Below are positions 1 to 6,971 of a DNA stretch of 24,000 nt, in pieces (within the stretch, counting starts at the first letter, position 1; every line of letters begins with the position of its first letter). Under the pieces are notes generated by a model that was not told the origin of the DNA, ran no database searches, and was given only the letters and a program-made list of their open reading frames with translations. Origin of the DNA: Candidatus Electrothrix yaqonensis (GTDB lineage Bacteria > Desulfobacterota > Desulfobulbia > Desulfobulbales > Desulfobulbaceae); the NCBI GenBank assembly GCA_047651235.1, contig CP178758.1, positions 1,394,239 to 1,418,238 of the forward strand. The letters are read 5' to 3'. The translations under genes and the position numbers were made by a program.

Positions 1-576
1 AATCACATGGGTCACGCCCTGATCCGCCATATCCCGGAGCAGCTGTTGCAGCGCAATCGGTCCGGGTGTGGTCAGAGGAGCCAGTTTGATCACCGGCCTG
101 CCGGAGCGGTCAGGGTACCGGTAATTCACAGTACCGATCACCCCGACCCGGCAGCCGCAGGACTGCAGCATCTTTTCAGTCAGCCAGGAGACCGTGGTTT
201 TGCCGTTGGTGCCGGTCAGGCCGATCATGGTCATGGCCTCAGCCGGAAAATCATACAGGGCCGCAGCCAGGAGGCCCGGTGCTGCGTGGGAATCCCTGAC
301 CCGGATAACCGTAACACCGGGTAATACACCGGACAATTCGGGCAGACTGCCCGGTTCCTCCTCAACCACAACGCAGCAGCAGCCCTGATCCGCCACTTGG
401 GGAAGAAAGGTATGGCCGTCAGCCTTTGTTCCTTTGACAGCAACAAAGAGACTGCCCGGCCCGGCTTCACGGGAATCTGCGGTAATTTGAACAATTTTTG
501 TTTCGGTGTTTCCCTGGATGACTTCCGGGGCCAGTTCGTCGGGCAGGGCGGAGAGTAAATGCTGGAGTTTTTTCAT
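1..576 (-). CDS. murE: UDP-N-acetylmuramoyl-L-alanyl-D-glutamate--2,6-diaminopimelate ligase, N-terminal 192 codons (gene continues past window start)
   Basis: Own translation of the minus strand from ATG at 576-574 gives MKKLQHLLSALPDELAPEVIQGNTETKIVQITADSREAGPGSLFVAVKGTKADGHTF...MTMIGLTGTNGKTTVSWL, with the Mur-ligase P-loop GxTGTNGKTT. There is a 4-nt ATGA overlap with the stop of the upstream PBP gene, and the position is canonical for the dcw cluster. The ORF is missing from the track because it runs off the window. Confidence 0.9.
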   Translation of the reverse strand, partial: MKKLQHLLSALPDELAPEVIQGNTETKIVQITADSREAGPGSLFVAVKGTKADGHTFLPQVADQGCCCVVVEEEPGSLPELSGVLPGVTVIRVRDSHAAPGLLAAALYDFPAEAMTMIGLTGTNGKTTVSWLTEKMLQSCGCRVGVIGTVNYRYPDRSGRPVIKLAPLTTPGPIALQQLLRDMADQGVTHVI

Positions 577-2546
577 GGGCGTTTCTTGCCAGTTTCTTGC
601 CAAGGTGAGGACGTTTGTCGGGTTGATTCAAGGATCAGTTCACAGGGGGTGTCGGCAGTCAGCGGTTCACCGGCAGCCGGTTTCTGGGCCACAATGCGGC
701 CGCTGCCCCGGATGCGCACCTGAACATTGTACAGATTGATCTGCTGCAGCCCCTTACGCAGACTCAAGCCGATCAGCTGCGGCATAATCGGATCAGCCCG
801 CATGAATTCTTTTTTCAGATCAGAGGGTTTAAGCCTTCTGGTAAAAAAATACCGGCGCATGTTGACAGTGTTTTTTTCGGTCGGCGGCGGGGTCAGTTCC
901 GCAGCAGCCCTGTTATGCTCGGCAAGGAGCGGCAGCAAATAGTGACCGATCTCGGCAAGCTCTTTTTTGTCCTGACCGGTGTCTGCTTCCGGCGGATGCG
1001 GATACAGGGAATTATAATCAACCGTGAAAACCAGCAGGAGTTTCGGGTTCTGTTTCGGAACAGCCGCCAGCAGGATATCCTGGATAAAGTGCTTATTGAA
1101 CCCGTTGTGCGGAACAGATACTGCATCGGTGTTGACAAACAGCAGACCTTCTTTTCTGCGGTACCAGGATGCCTTGAGTATTTCCTGACGCAGTCTGATG
1201 GCGTCGATGGGAGACAGTACCCGTTCCCGCAGACTCGAGGCCAGGTCACGGGGAAAAAAACGCTGTTCCGTGTGGTCATACAAGGCCCTGACCAGCCAGG
1301 GCGTCACCCTGTAGCCGTTGTTCAGCAGGGCTGCCAGACCGACAGTGAGCTGCATGCTGCTCAGCAGTGCAGATGCGCTGTCCGGTTCTCCGCCGTATCT
1401 TTCCGTCAGAGAGGGGATGGGCAGAAAATCAGGAACAGGCTGCTGCAGACCGAACTGCCACAGATACGCATCTGTCTGTTCTTTGTTCAGGCCGTACTCC
1501 GGTTCGCTGACCGTGACCGGCAGCAGTTCCCTGTCCATACCTGCTGCCAGGACTGCTGCGGCCTGTACCAGCAGGGGCCGGACAAGATGCCTGACATATT
1601 TTGGCGCAAACACCGCATTGTTCGCCTGCTGTTCGTCTGTCTGCCAGAAATAATTCGGGTCAAAGCCCGGTTCACTGACCATGGCCAGCATTCGGCCGGT
1701 GTCGATATCCATGACCACAGCGCTGCCGCTGACCGCCCCTTTCTGTTGTCTGTACTCATCCAGAACCTCGTCCAGCCGTTTCTGCAGCTCCATATCAAGC
1801 GTCAGGACAACGTCGGTGACTGTCTTTCCCAGAGTTTCATATCCGGAAAAATTGATTGCCGGGACATTGATCTGCCTGAATTGGCCGGGTTCCAGGACGG
1901 TATCATACAGGGCTTCAATTCCGCTCAGTCCGGCATCGCCGCTGACAAAACCGAGCAGATGACCGGCAACAGCATGGCCGGGATAATACCGGATCTCCAC
2001 AGGTCGGCAGTAAATACCGGGCTGCCGCAGTTCTTCCAGCTCGGCGACCTGCTGTTCCGCCAGGTTATCGGCCAGTTCCACAATCCCCTGCCTGTTCTGC
2101 AGCCGCTGCATGATATTCTCTTTTTCTGTACCGAGAATCATGGCCAGCTTTTCCGCAACCCAGTCCCAGTCCGCAATCTCTGAGGGCTGAACAAAAAAAG
2201 AAAAAAACTGGTAGGATATCGCCATCTCCTCCATGTCTCTGTCGTAGATCGTGCCGCGCAGGACGGGTTCATGCTGCTGCGGCCCCGCCTCCGGCTCCGC
2301 AGGGCTGTTCTGGTCATCTGCGGCCGATATCCCGACAGTGTCCTGCAGCATCCTGCCGAGTTCCCGGGCGGAAAAAGGCAGGGTATACAGGATACCTGCA
2401 CCCGTTACCGCCAGAACAGCAAGCAGGAGGATACCATATAGGGGCTTCCTGTCCTTTTCCAGAGGACGTCCGGGAAGCCGGTATGTGTAGCCGGGTTCTT
2501 TTTTTTTCTCCGGCAGCAGCCTGTACAGATCTCTGAACAGCTTCAT
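573..2546 (-). CDS. Class B penicillin-binding protein homologue in the ftsI position (TM anchor, PBP dimerisation/pedestal domain, transpeptidase-fold domain, C-terminal PASTA domain), apparently catalytically degenerate
   Basis: Track ORF 573..2549 starts at GTG. The ATG at 2546 has GAGG 6 nt upstream. TM segment LYGILLLAVLAVTGAGILY. Pedestal motifs RGTIYDRD and YYPGHAVAGHLLGFV. Transpeptidase-domain entry GSAVVMDIDTGRMLAMVSEPGFDPN. PASTA segment IMPQLIGLSLRKGLQQINLYNVQVRIRGSGRIVAQKPAAGEPL. The expected SxxK, SxN and KTG motifs are not present (see findings). The gene lies between ftsL and murE. Confidence 0.85.
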   Translation of the reverse strand: MKLFRDLYRLLPEKKKEPGYTYRLPGRPLEKDRKPLYGILLLAVLAVTGAGILYTLPFSARELGRMLQDTVGISAADDQNSPAEPEAGPQQHEPVLRGTIYDRDMEEMAISYQFFSFFVQPSEIADWDWVAEKLAMILGTEKENIMQRLQNRQGIVELADNLAEQQVAELEELRQPGIYCRPVEIRYYPGHAVAGHLLGFVSGDAGLSGIEALYDTVLEPGQFRQINVPAINFSGYETLGKTVTDVVLTLDMELQKRLDEVLDEYRQQKGAVSGSAVVMDIDTGRMLAMVSEPGFDPNYFWQTDEQQANNAVFAPKYVRHLVRPLLVQAAAVLAAGMDRELLPVTVSEPEYGLNKEQTDAYLWQFGLQQPVPDFLPIPSLTERYGGEPDSASALLSSMQLTVGLAALLNNGYRVTPWLVRALYDHTEQRFFPRDLASSLRERVLSPIDAIRLRQEILKASWYRRKEGLLFVNTDAVSVPHNGFNKHFIQDILLAAVPKQNPKLLLVFTVDYNSLYPHPPEADTGQDKKELAEIGHYLLPLLAEHNRAAAELTPPPTEKNTVNMRRYFFTRRLKPSDLKKEFMRADPIMPQLIGLSLRKGLQQINLYNVQVRIRGSGRIVAQKPAAGEPLTADTPCELILESTRQTSSPWQETGKKRP

Positions 2547-2556
2547 CACAAACCTC

Positions 2557-2774
2557 GACAGGGCATTTTCTGTCCGTTCTGTCCGGCAACAGCCATCCTG
2601 CTACGGAAAGGCGATGCACAGGTGGTGCTCAGTACAAGAGACACAAGAGAAAAAGAAAGTGCCCCGTCCTTCAGTACTGTTGTTAGTATGTTCAGTACGT
2701 TCAGGACAGGGCAGCAGATTCTATGCTTCACAGGCGATTATGCGGCAGGTTCAGCAGATCCGTACAATCAGTAC
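2557..2774. repeat. Repeat-dense ftsL-to-PBP intergenic spacer
   Basis: TCAGTAC occurs at 2629-2635, 2671-2677, 2692-2698 and 2768-2774, with variants TCAGGAC at 2701-2707 and TTAGTAT at 2683-2689. There is a tandem TTCTGTCCG x2 at 2568-2585 and a tandem ACAAGAGA(c)ACAAGAGA at 2634-2650. GACAGGGCA occurs at 2557-2565 and 2705-2713. No credible ORF lies in this spacer. Confidence 0.7.
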
Positions 2775-3130
2775 AGATAATGTTCCTGTTTTTCTTCGGG
2801 AATATGGAGGTTTAATTCAGCAGCGGCAAGAGCCATAATACGGGGCTTTGCAATCAGCCTGTCCCGCTCGGCACGCACTTCTACCGCCTGCTGCCGGATA
2901 GTTTCATGCACAGTCTGCATCCGGGTCAGTTTTTCCTTTTCCTGACTGATGCGCCAGAAAAAAAATTGGCTCAACAGGAGGACAAGGAGAAGAAGCACCC
3001 CGATGCTGTACCCTGCTGCCTGGACGAACTGAGCTGAGAGTTTCTGTTCTTTGCCGCGCACTGCCGCCTGTTTCCGTATATTGTTGAACAGGAGAGCAGG
3101 CGACTGCAACGATCGGATATGCTGATGCAT
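2768..3130 (-). CDS. ftsL: Cell division protein FtsL
   Basis: A 120-aa ORF with a single TM segment (GYSIGVLLLLVLLLSQFFFW), followed by a coiled-coil-like stretch and RIMALAAAELNLHIP, which is typical of FtsL. It sits directly downstream of rsmH in dcw order. Confidence 0.8.
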   Translation of the reverse strand: MHQHIRSLQSPALLFNNIRKQAAVRGKEQKLSAQFVQAAGYSIGVLLLLVLLLSQFFFWRISQEKEKLTRMQTVHETIRQQAVEVRAERDRLIAKPRIMALAAAELNLHIPEEKQEHYLY

Positions 3131-3153
3131 GTGCTGTATCTCTCCTTCTCTCT

Positions 3154-4071
3154 TTATATTTTCTCCGCCACCCGCAATTTTGCGCTGCGCGACCGCAGAT
3201 TCTCACGTACTTCTCCGGCTGCGGGCAGGACAGGTTTTCCGGTCAGTACCCTGCACGCGGGGTTGGCGGCAAATGCCTGTTTGACCATCCTGTCTTCAAG
3301 TGAATGAAAAGTAATGATACACATCCGCGCACCCGGCCTGAGCAATGCCGGCCCGTCAGTTAATAAACGGGTCAGATTGTCCAGTTCCCGATTAACTGCA
3401 ATGCGCAGGGCCTGAAATACCTTGGTGGCCACATGGATCTTTTTCGGATGGTATTTTTTCGGGATGGCCAGCCCGACAACCTCGGCCAGCCGGCGGGTCG
3501 TCACAATCGGTTGTTCTGCTCTGGCTTCTATAATATATCGCGCCACTCTGCGGGCCTGCCGTTCTTCGCCGTAATGAAAGAAAATATCCGCCAGTTCTTC
3601 CTGCGATAACCTGTTGACCAGCTGTTCCGCCGTCACCTGCCCCCCGGTATCCATCCGCATGTCCAGCGGCGCATCTGCCTGAAAACTGAAGCCCCGCTCC
3701 GGCCGGTCAAGCTGCAGGGAGGAAACTCCCAGATCCACCAGAATACCGTCCAGCTGTTCCTGACCGCAGCAGCATTGCTCCGCCATTTCTGCATAGGAAA
3801 AAGGCAGGAGCTGAAAACGGTCACCGAATTTAGCCAGCCGTTTTTTTGCCAGTTCGGCTGCCTGGACATCCCATTCAAAACCAAGTACTCTGCCGTCCGG
3901 TGCCGATTGCTCCAAAATCAGTTCGGTGTGGCCGCCGAGCCCCAGCGTCGCGTCCGCATAACATCCTCCGGCATGGGGCCGAAGCCATTCCAGGACTTCC
4001 TGAAACAGGACCGGGTAGTGGATATCTCCAGAGGACGGGGTTGAACGAATTGTGGAACAAGCAGGCAGCAT
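3154..4071 (-). CDS. rsmH: 16S rRNA (cytosine1402-N4)-methyltransferase RsmH (MraW)
   Basis: Motifs HYPVLFQEVLEWL, ADATLGLGGHT, LVDLGVSSLQLD, PLDMRMD and ITFHSLEDR are all characteristic of RsmH. It is the first recognisable gene of the dcw cluster here. Confidence 0.93.
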   Translation of the reverse strand: MLPACSTIRSTPSSGDIHYPVLFQEVLEWLRPHAGGCYADATLGLGGHTELILEQSAPDGRVLGFEWDVQAAELAKKRLAKFGDRFQLLPFSYAEMAEQCCCGQEQLDGILVDLGVSSLQLDRPERGFSFQADAPLDMRMDTGGQVTAEQLVNRLSQEELADIFFHYGEERQARRVARYIIEARAEQPIVTTRRLAEVVGLAIPKKYHPKKIHVATKVFQALRIAVNRELDNLTRLLTDGPALLRPGARMCIITFHSLEDRMVKQAFAANPACRVLTGKPVLPAAGEVRENLRSRSAKLRVAEKI

Positions 4072-4195
4072 CAGGCTGGCTGCCCGGCAATAAATTGATA
4101 TTTTTTCATTGTCTCAATATGATGTGTCCCGATGTATCCGAAGCAGACATCAGGGAAATTACATTTTCAACGCCTCTTTAATTCTCCTTTATTTT

Positions 4196-4224
4196 CTTTT
4201 ATCTCACAAGCTCTTTTCCGTCAA
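4196..4224 (-). promoter_or_regulatory. Putative sigma70-type promoter upstream of rsmH (TTGACG-17 nt-TAAAAG on the minus strand)
   Basis: The minus strand reads cccTTGACGgaaaagagcttgtgagaTAAAAGaaaataaagg. The -35 is a good match and the -10 a weak one. It lies about 125 nt upstream of the rsmH ATG. This is a pattern match only. Confidence 0.25.
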
Positions 4225-4245
4225 GGGCAATACGACAGAATCTCC

Positions 4246-4262
4246 AATGCGGATTGGGAGTT
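4246..4262 (+). repeat. Orphan copy of the IS terminal-repeat core (AATGCGgATTgGGAGTT)
   Basis: It matches the terminal repeat core AATGCGAATTAGGAGTT of the IS remnant at 5418-5434 / 6391-6407 at 15 of 17 positions. No partner repeat or transposase is adjacent. Confidence 0.4.
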
Positions 4263-4440
4263 AGAGGTCAATCTGGCCTTCCTGTGCGACAGGCCGTAAG
4301 AGTACCGTTCTTTTCCGACTTGAGCCTTGTCCGGTAATTGTTTATTTTCCGTAAGAACCTGTCCGGAGCATAACCGTTCCGGTCACCCTGCCGCTGAAAG
4401 CTCAAAGCGCAAAACGAAAAAATGAAACAGGAGGCTTGTT

Positions 4441-5262
4441 ATGGCACGTATTATAAGGCCAAGGAATTTCTTGGCAACTTTGACAGTCACCGCCGGATTA
4501 CTGCTGGCGGGATGCGCTTTCTTCAACGGGACTGACGGAAAAGAAGACCTGAGCGATATCAGCTGGTTGCTACTAGAGCTGAGCGGCAGTCCGGTCGTGT
4601 CGCCCCCGGTGATGACCCTGAACTTTACAGAACACGGCAACGTCAGCGGCAGCGACGGCTGCAATCGCTACAGCAGTACGTATACAGCCGAAGACGGCGC
4701 AATCAATATCAGCGAAGAGATAACGACCACAAAAGCGGCATGTCCGGGACCGATTATGTGGCGGGCTTCGGCATTTATCACTGCACTGAAGCAGGCAGCC
4801 GCCTACAGGCAAGAGAAAGGACAGTTGACCCTCCTGACTGCCGACGGGACAGCTTCGGCGGTTTTTGTCCGGCAGAGTCAGGAACTACGCAGAACATCCT
4901 GGGAGGTGACAGGATACAACAACGGTCAGGGGATCATCGTCGGCGTGATCAGCGGCAGCCGGAAACTGACGGCAAATTTCGCTGTTGACGGCAAAGTTTC
5001 AGGGGCATCCGGATGTAACAGCTATTCCGGCGACTATACATATACAAGTGCCGACCGGAGCCTCCGGTTCGGGCGGACACGGAGCACCCTGAAAGCCTGT
5101 TCGGACAGGAGTATAATGCAGCAGGAACAGTCTTTCATGACGGCATTGGAGAACGTGAGAAGCTATTATATTGAAGGAGATACGCTGACGCTGAAAGCTG
5201 CCGACGGCAGGGTTGCTGTTACTTTTGCCGGAAAAGTCAGCCCTGCAGTGAAAGTGAAATGA
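4441..5262 (+). CDS. Lipoprotein with two tandem META (HslJ-like, DUF306) domains
   Basis: AGGAGG lies 7 nt upstream of the ATG. The signal peptide carries the lipobox LLAGC. Two repeats each carry the META signature (GSDGCNRYSSTY and GASGCNSYSGDY) and end in a ...L/TLxxADG... strand. Confidence 0.85.
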   Translation: MARIIRPRNFLATLTVTAGLLLAGCAFFNGTDGKEDLSDISWLLLELSGSPVVSPPVMTLNFTEHGNVSGSDGCNRYSSTYTAEDGAINISEEITTTKAACPGPIMWRASAFITALKQAAAYRQEKGQLTLLTADGTASAVFVRQSQELRRTSWEVTGYNNGQGIIVGVISGSRKLTANFAVDGKVSGASGCNSYSGDYTYTSADRSLRFGRTRSTLKACSDRSIMQQEQSFMTALENVRSYYIEGDTLTLKAADGRVAVTFAGKVSPAVKVK

Positions 5263-5296
5263 TGACTGTTTTTCATGAATGTGCTCAATTCGGGAC

Positions 5297-5346
5297 CGGG
5301 CTCCAACCGCTGAAAATGTTTTTTTCGGGAGCCCGATACTGTTTTT
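5297..5346 (+). terminator. Weak candidate intrinsic terminator after the META lipoprotein gene
   Basis: An 8-bp stem pairs CGGGCTCC (5297-5304) with GGAGCCCG (5328-5335), followed by ...TGTTTTTG. The loop is long (23 nt), so this is not a canonical terminator. Confidence 0.2.
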
Positions 5347-5534
5347 GCAATACGTCCGATTCTAGATGTCAGCCGTGAAGATCGGATAACGACGGACACC
5401 ACATTGCATAGCCTATAAATGCGAATTAGGAGTTGGATTGTCCGGTCTCAGTAAAAACAGATAGTTACAGAAGAGCCGTTCCGATTCTGCAGAATCTGTC
5501 AGCTTTATCCTCCTGATTTTTCGTCATAGATTTT

Positions 5535-5556
5535 AACCCCTAATTCGCATTTATAG
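5535..5556 (-). repeat. Third, internal copy of the IS end, inverted relative to the left end
   Basis: AACCCCTAATTCGCATTTATAG is the reverse complement of CTATAAATGCGAATTAGGaGTT at 5413-5434 with 1 mismatch. With flanks (gcatagcctata.. versus ..tatagtatgc) the paired arms extend to about 28 nt. The copy ends 13 nt before the transposase ATG at 5569. Confidence 0.75.
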
Positions 5557-5568
5557 TATGCTGGAAGC

Positions 5569-6235
5569 ATGAATACAAAATATCTTGATCTCTCGATTAT
5601 CTGGCCGTGACGTTCGGATACGCCACAGCCACAGGCTTGTCCGACATGCTTGACAGCTGCATAAGTTATGATAAATTCACTCGTTTTCTCGCTGACGGTG
5701 AATGGAGTTCCAAGGATTTATGGAAACAGGTCAAATCAACCGTCCGTGAGGTTGAAACTGAGGACGGAGTGCTGATCTTCGACGATACTGTTTGCTGAAC
5801 GGTCTTTATCATATCGACGATGTTTCGATCCCCATAGCATTCGACCTCATCCGCAAGCCGATTCGTTTCAGCGACCTGAAAACCCGCCGAGAAAAACGTC
5901 GGAGCGAAGTCACGAAGAATGAACTGCTGCGCCTGATGATCGATACCTGCAGTCAGCTGACAGCGGATCGGAACACGATCACGGCAATCTATACAAAACG
6001 ATGGAACGTCGAGGTGTACCATAAATCTTTGAAGTCGAACGCAGCATTAGCCAAATCTCCTGCACGTCGTGTAAATGCGCAGAGTAATCATATTTTTGCC
6101 TCCGTTATCACGGTGTTTAAAATGGAGCATCTAAAAATCAGAACAAAGACGAACCACTTTGCTCTGAAGACCAAGCTCTATCTGAAAGCTATTCGTTCGG
6201 CTTCTGATGAGCTGCAGCGACTTCAGGCTGCGTAA
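5569..6235 (+). pseudogene. IS4-family DDE transposase, frameshifted and internally deleted
   Basis: ATG at 5569 gives MNTKYLDLSIIWP then a stop. The sequence continues in another frame from 5607 (TFGYATATGLSDML...GVLIFDDTVC then a stop, containing the first catalytic D) and again from 5792 (LNGLYHIDDVSIPIAFDLIRKP...TAIYTKRWNVEVYHKSLKSN, the YREK motif). The summed length of about 220 aa is far below the roughly 400 aa usual for this family, and the segment that should hold the second catalytic D is missing. Confidence 0.8.
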
Positions 6236-6434
6236 CATCAGTAAATAAAGAGTTCGGAATTGTAATGCTTGTTTACATACAAAAACAGTACTATAAGTTG
6301 TTCCTGCCAATCCATCTTTTTCTCCTGCGGTTAATGTCGGTAAAGGTGGTGCTTCACCGGCCTATTCTACAGGAATGATGGATTGGCTTTAACTCCTAAT
6401 TCGCATTAACCAATAAGTTGAAAATACTGTCCGC

Positions 6435-6965
6435 TTACTTGATCTGCACAGGAATGCCGCAGCTGACCAGAAAAACCTGATCAGCAAAAGCGGCGATAAT
6501 CTGATTACTGCGCCCGATCAGGTCACGGTAGTGCCGGGCGGCAGGATTCTCCGGGACAATACCCATCCCTACCTCGTTGGTCACCAGAATAACTTCGCCC
6601 AGATGGTTGCGGGCCGCCCTTCCCAGCTCTTCAGCGAGAACCGTCAGCTGGTCCTCAGTGATCTCGCGGTCGTGTTGTTCAGTCTCGTACATCAGATTGT
6701 TGACCCAAAGGGTCAGGCAGTCAATGAGCACCGTGGTCCCGATGGGGAGGTCTTCCAATTTTTCTGCCAGAAGCAGGGGAACCTCGGCGGTCTGCCAGCC
6801 CCGTCCCTCCCTGTCCTCCTGATGCCGGCGGATACGCGCAGCCATTTCCGGATCAGTGCGGGAACAGGTGGCGATGAAGAGACAGGGTGCATCAGTCTGC
6901 TCGGCCTGCTCCTGGGCAAAGGCGGATTTACCGGAACGGCAGCCGCCGGTGATGAGGGTAATCAT
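6435..6965 (-). CDS. cobU: Bifunctional adenosylcobinamide kinase / adenosylcobinamide-phosphate guanylyltransferase
   Basis: P-loop ITGGCRSGKS, plus LIDCLTLWVNN and VTNEVGMGIVPEN motifs. The 176-aa size is typical of CobU/CobP. Confidence 0.9.
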   Translation of the reverse strand: MITLITGGCRSGKSAFAQEQAEQTDAPCLFIATCSRTDPEMAARIRRHQEDREGRGWQTAEVPLLLAEKLEDLPIGTTVLIDCLTLWVNNLMYETEQHDREITEDQLTVLAEELGRAARNHLGEVILVTNEVGMGIVPENPAARHYRDLIGRSNQIIAAFADQVFLVSCGIPVQIK

Positions 6966-6971
6966 TGCCGG

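Larger units (their letters stand above)
5414..6407 (+). mobile_element. Decayed IS4-family (IS4/IS701-like) insertion sequence, about 1 kb
   Basis: The element is bounded by the inverted 17-bp core AATGCGAATTAGGAGTT (5418-5434) and AACTCCTAATTCGCATT (6391-6407). Its interior encodes DDE-transposase fragments carrying the IS4-type Y-x2-R-x3-E-x6-K signature. GC content is visibly lower than in the flanks. It lies immediately downstream of cobU and of the META gene. Confidence 0.8.

Noticed and set aside
915-2183. Very long plus-strand ORFs antisense to real genes. Examples are 915-2183 (422 aa, opposite the PBP gene), 7952-9160 (402 aa, opposite hflK), 19276-20340 (354 aa, opposite ffh), 13480-14322, 12277-13011, 10548-11339, 9362-10150, 22015-22743 and 22391-23146.
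   Set aside because: Their translations are low-complexity and rich in R, G, L and Q, with no recognisable motifs. The opposite strand in each case encodes an unmistakable conserved protein. Such shadow ORFs arise when the sense strand rarely uses TTA, CTA and TCA codons. I see no independent support such as an RBS or domains.
2546-2731. A 61-aa minus-strand ORF and a 74-aa plus-strand ORF (2614-2838) in the ftsL-PBP spacer.
   Set aside because: They have no SD and odd composition, and the first overlaps the PBP start. The region is better explained as non-coding repeat-rich DNA.
4356-4366. AACCTGTCCGG recurs at 4356-4366 and 12241-12251, and TGTCCGG-type 7-mers occur in several intergenic regions (2580, 4328, 5438).
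   Set aside because: The 7-mer and its complement also occur repeatedly inside coding regions (for example near 1577, 9886, 16973 and 23151). The frequency seems consistent with GC-rich background composition.
4072-4440. A search for a hidden or degraded mraZ upstream of rsmH.
   Set aside because: None of the six frames gives an ORF resembling MraZ (a duplicated SpoVT/AbrB-type fold of about 150 aa). Only very short ORFs are present.
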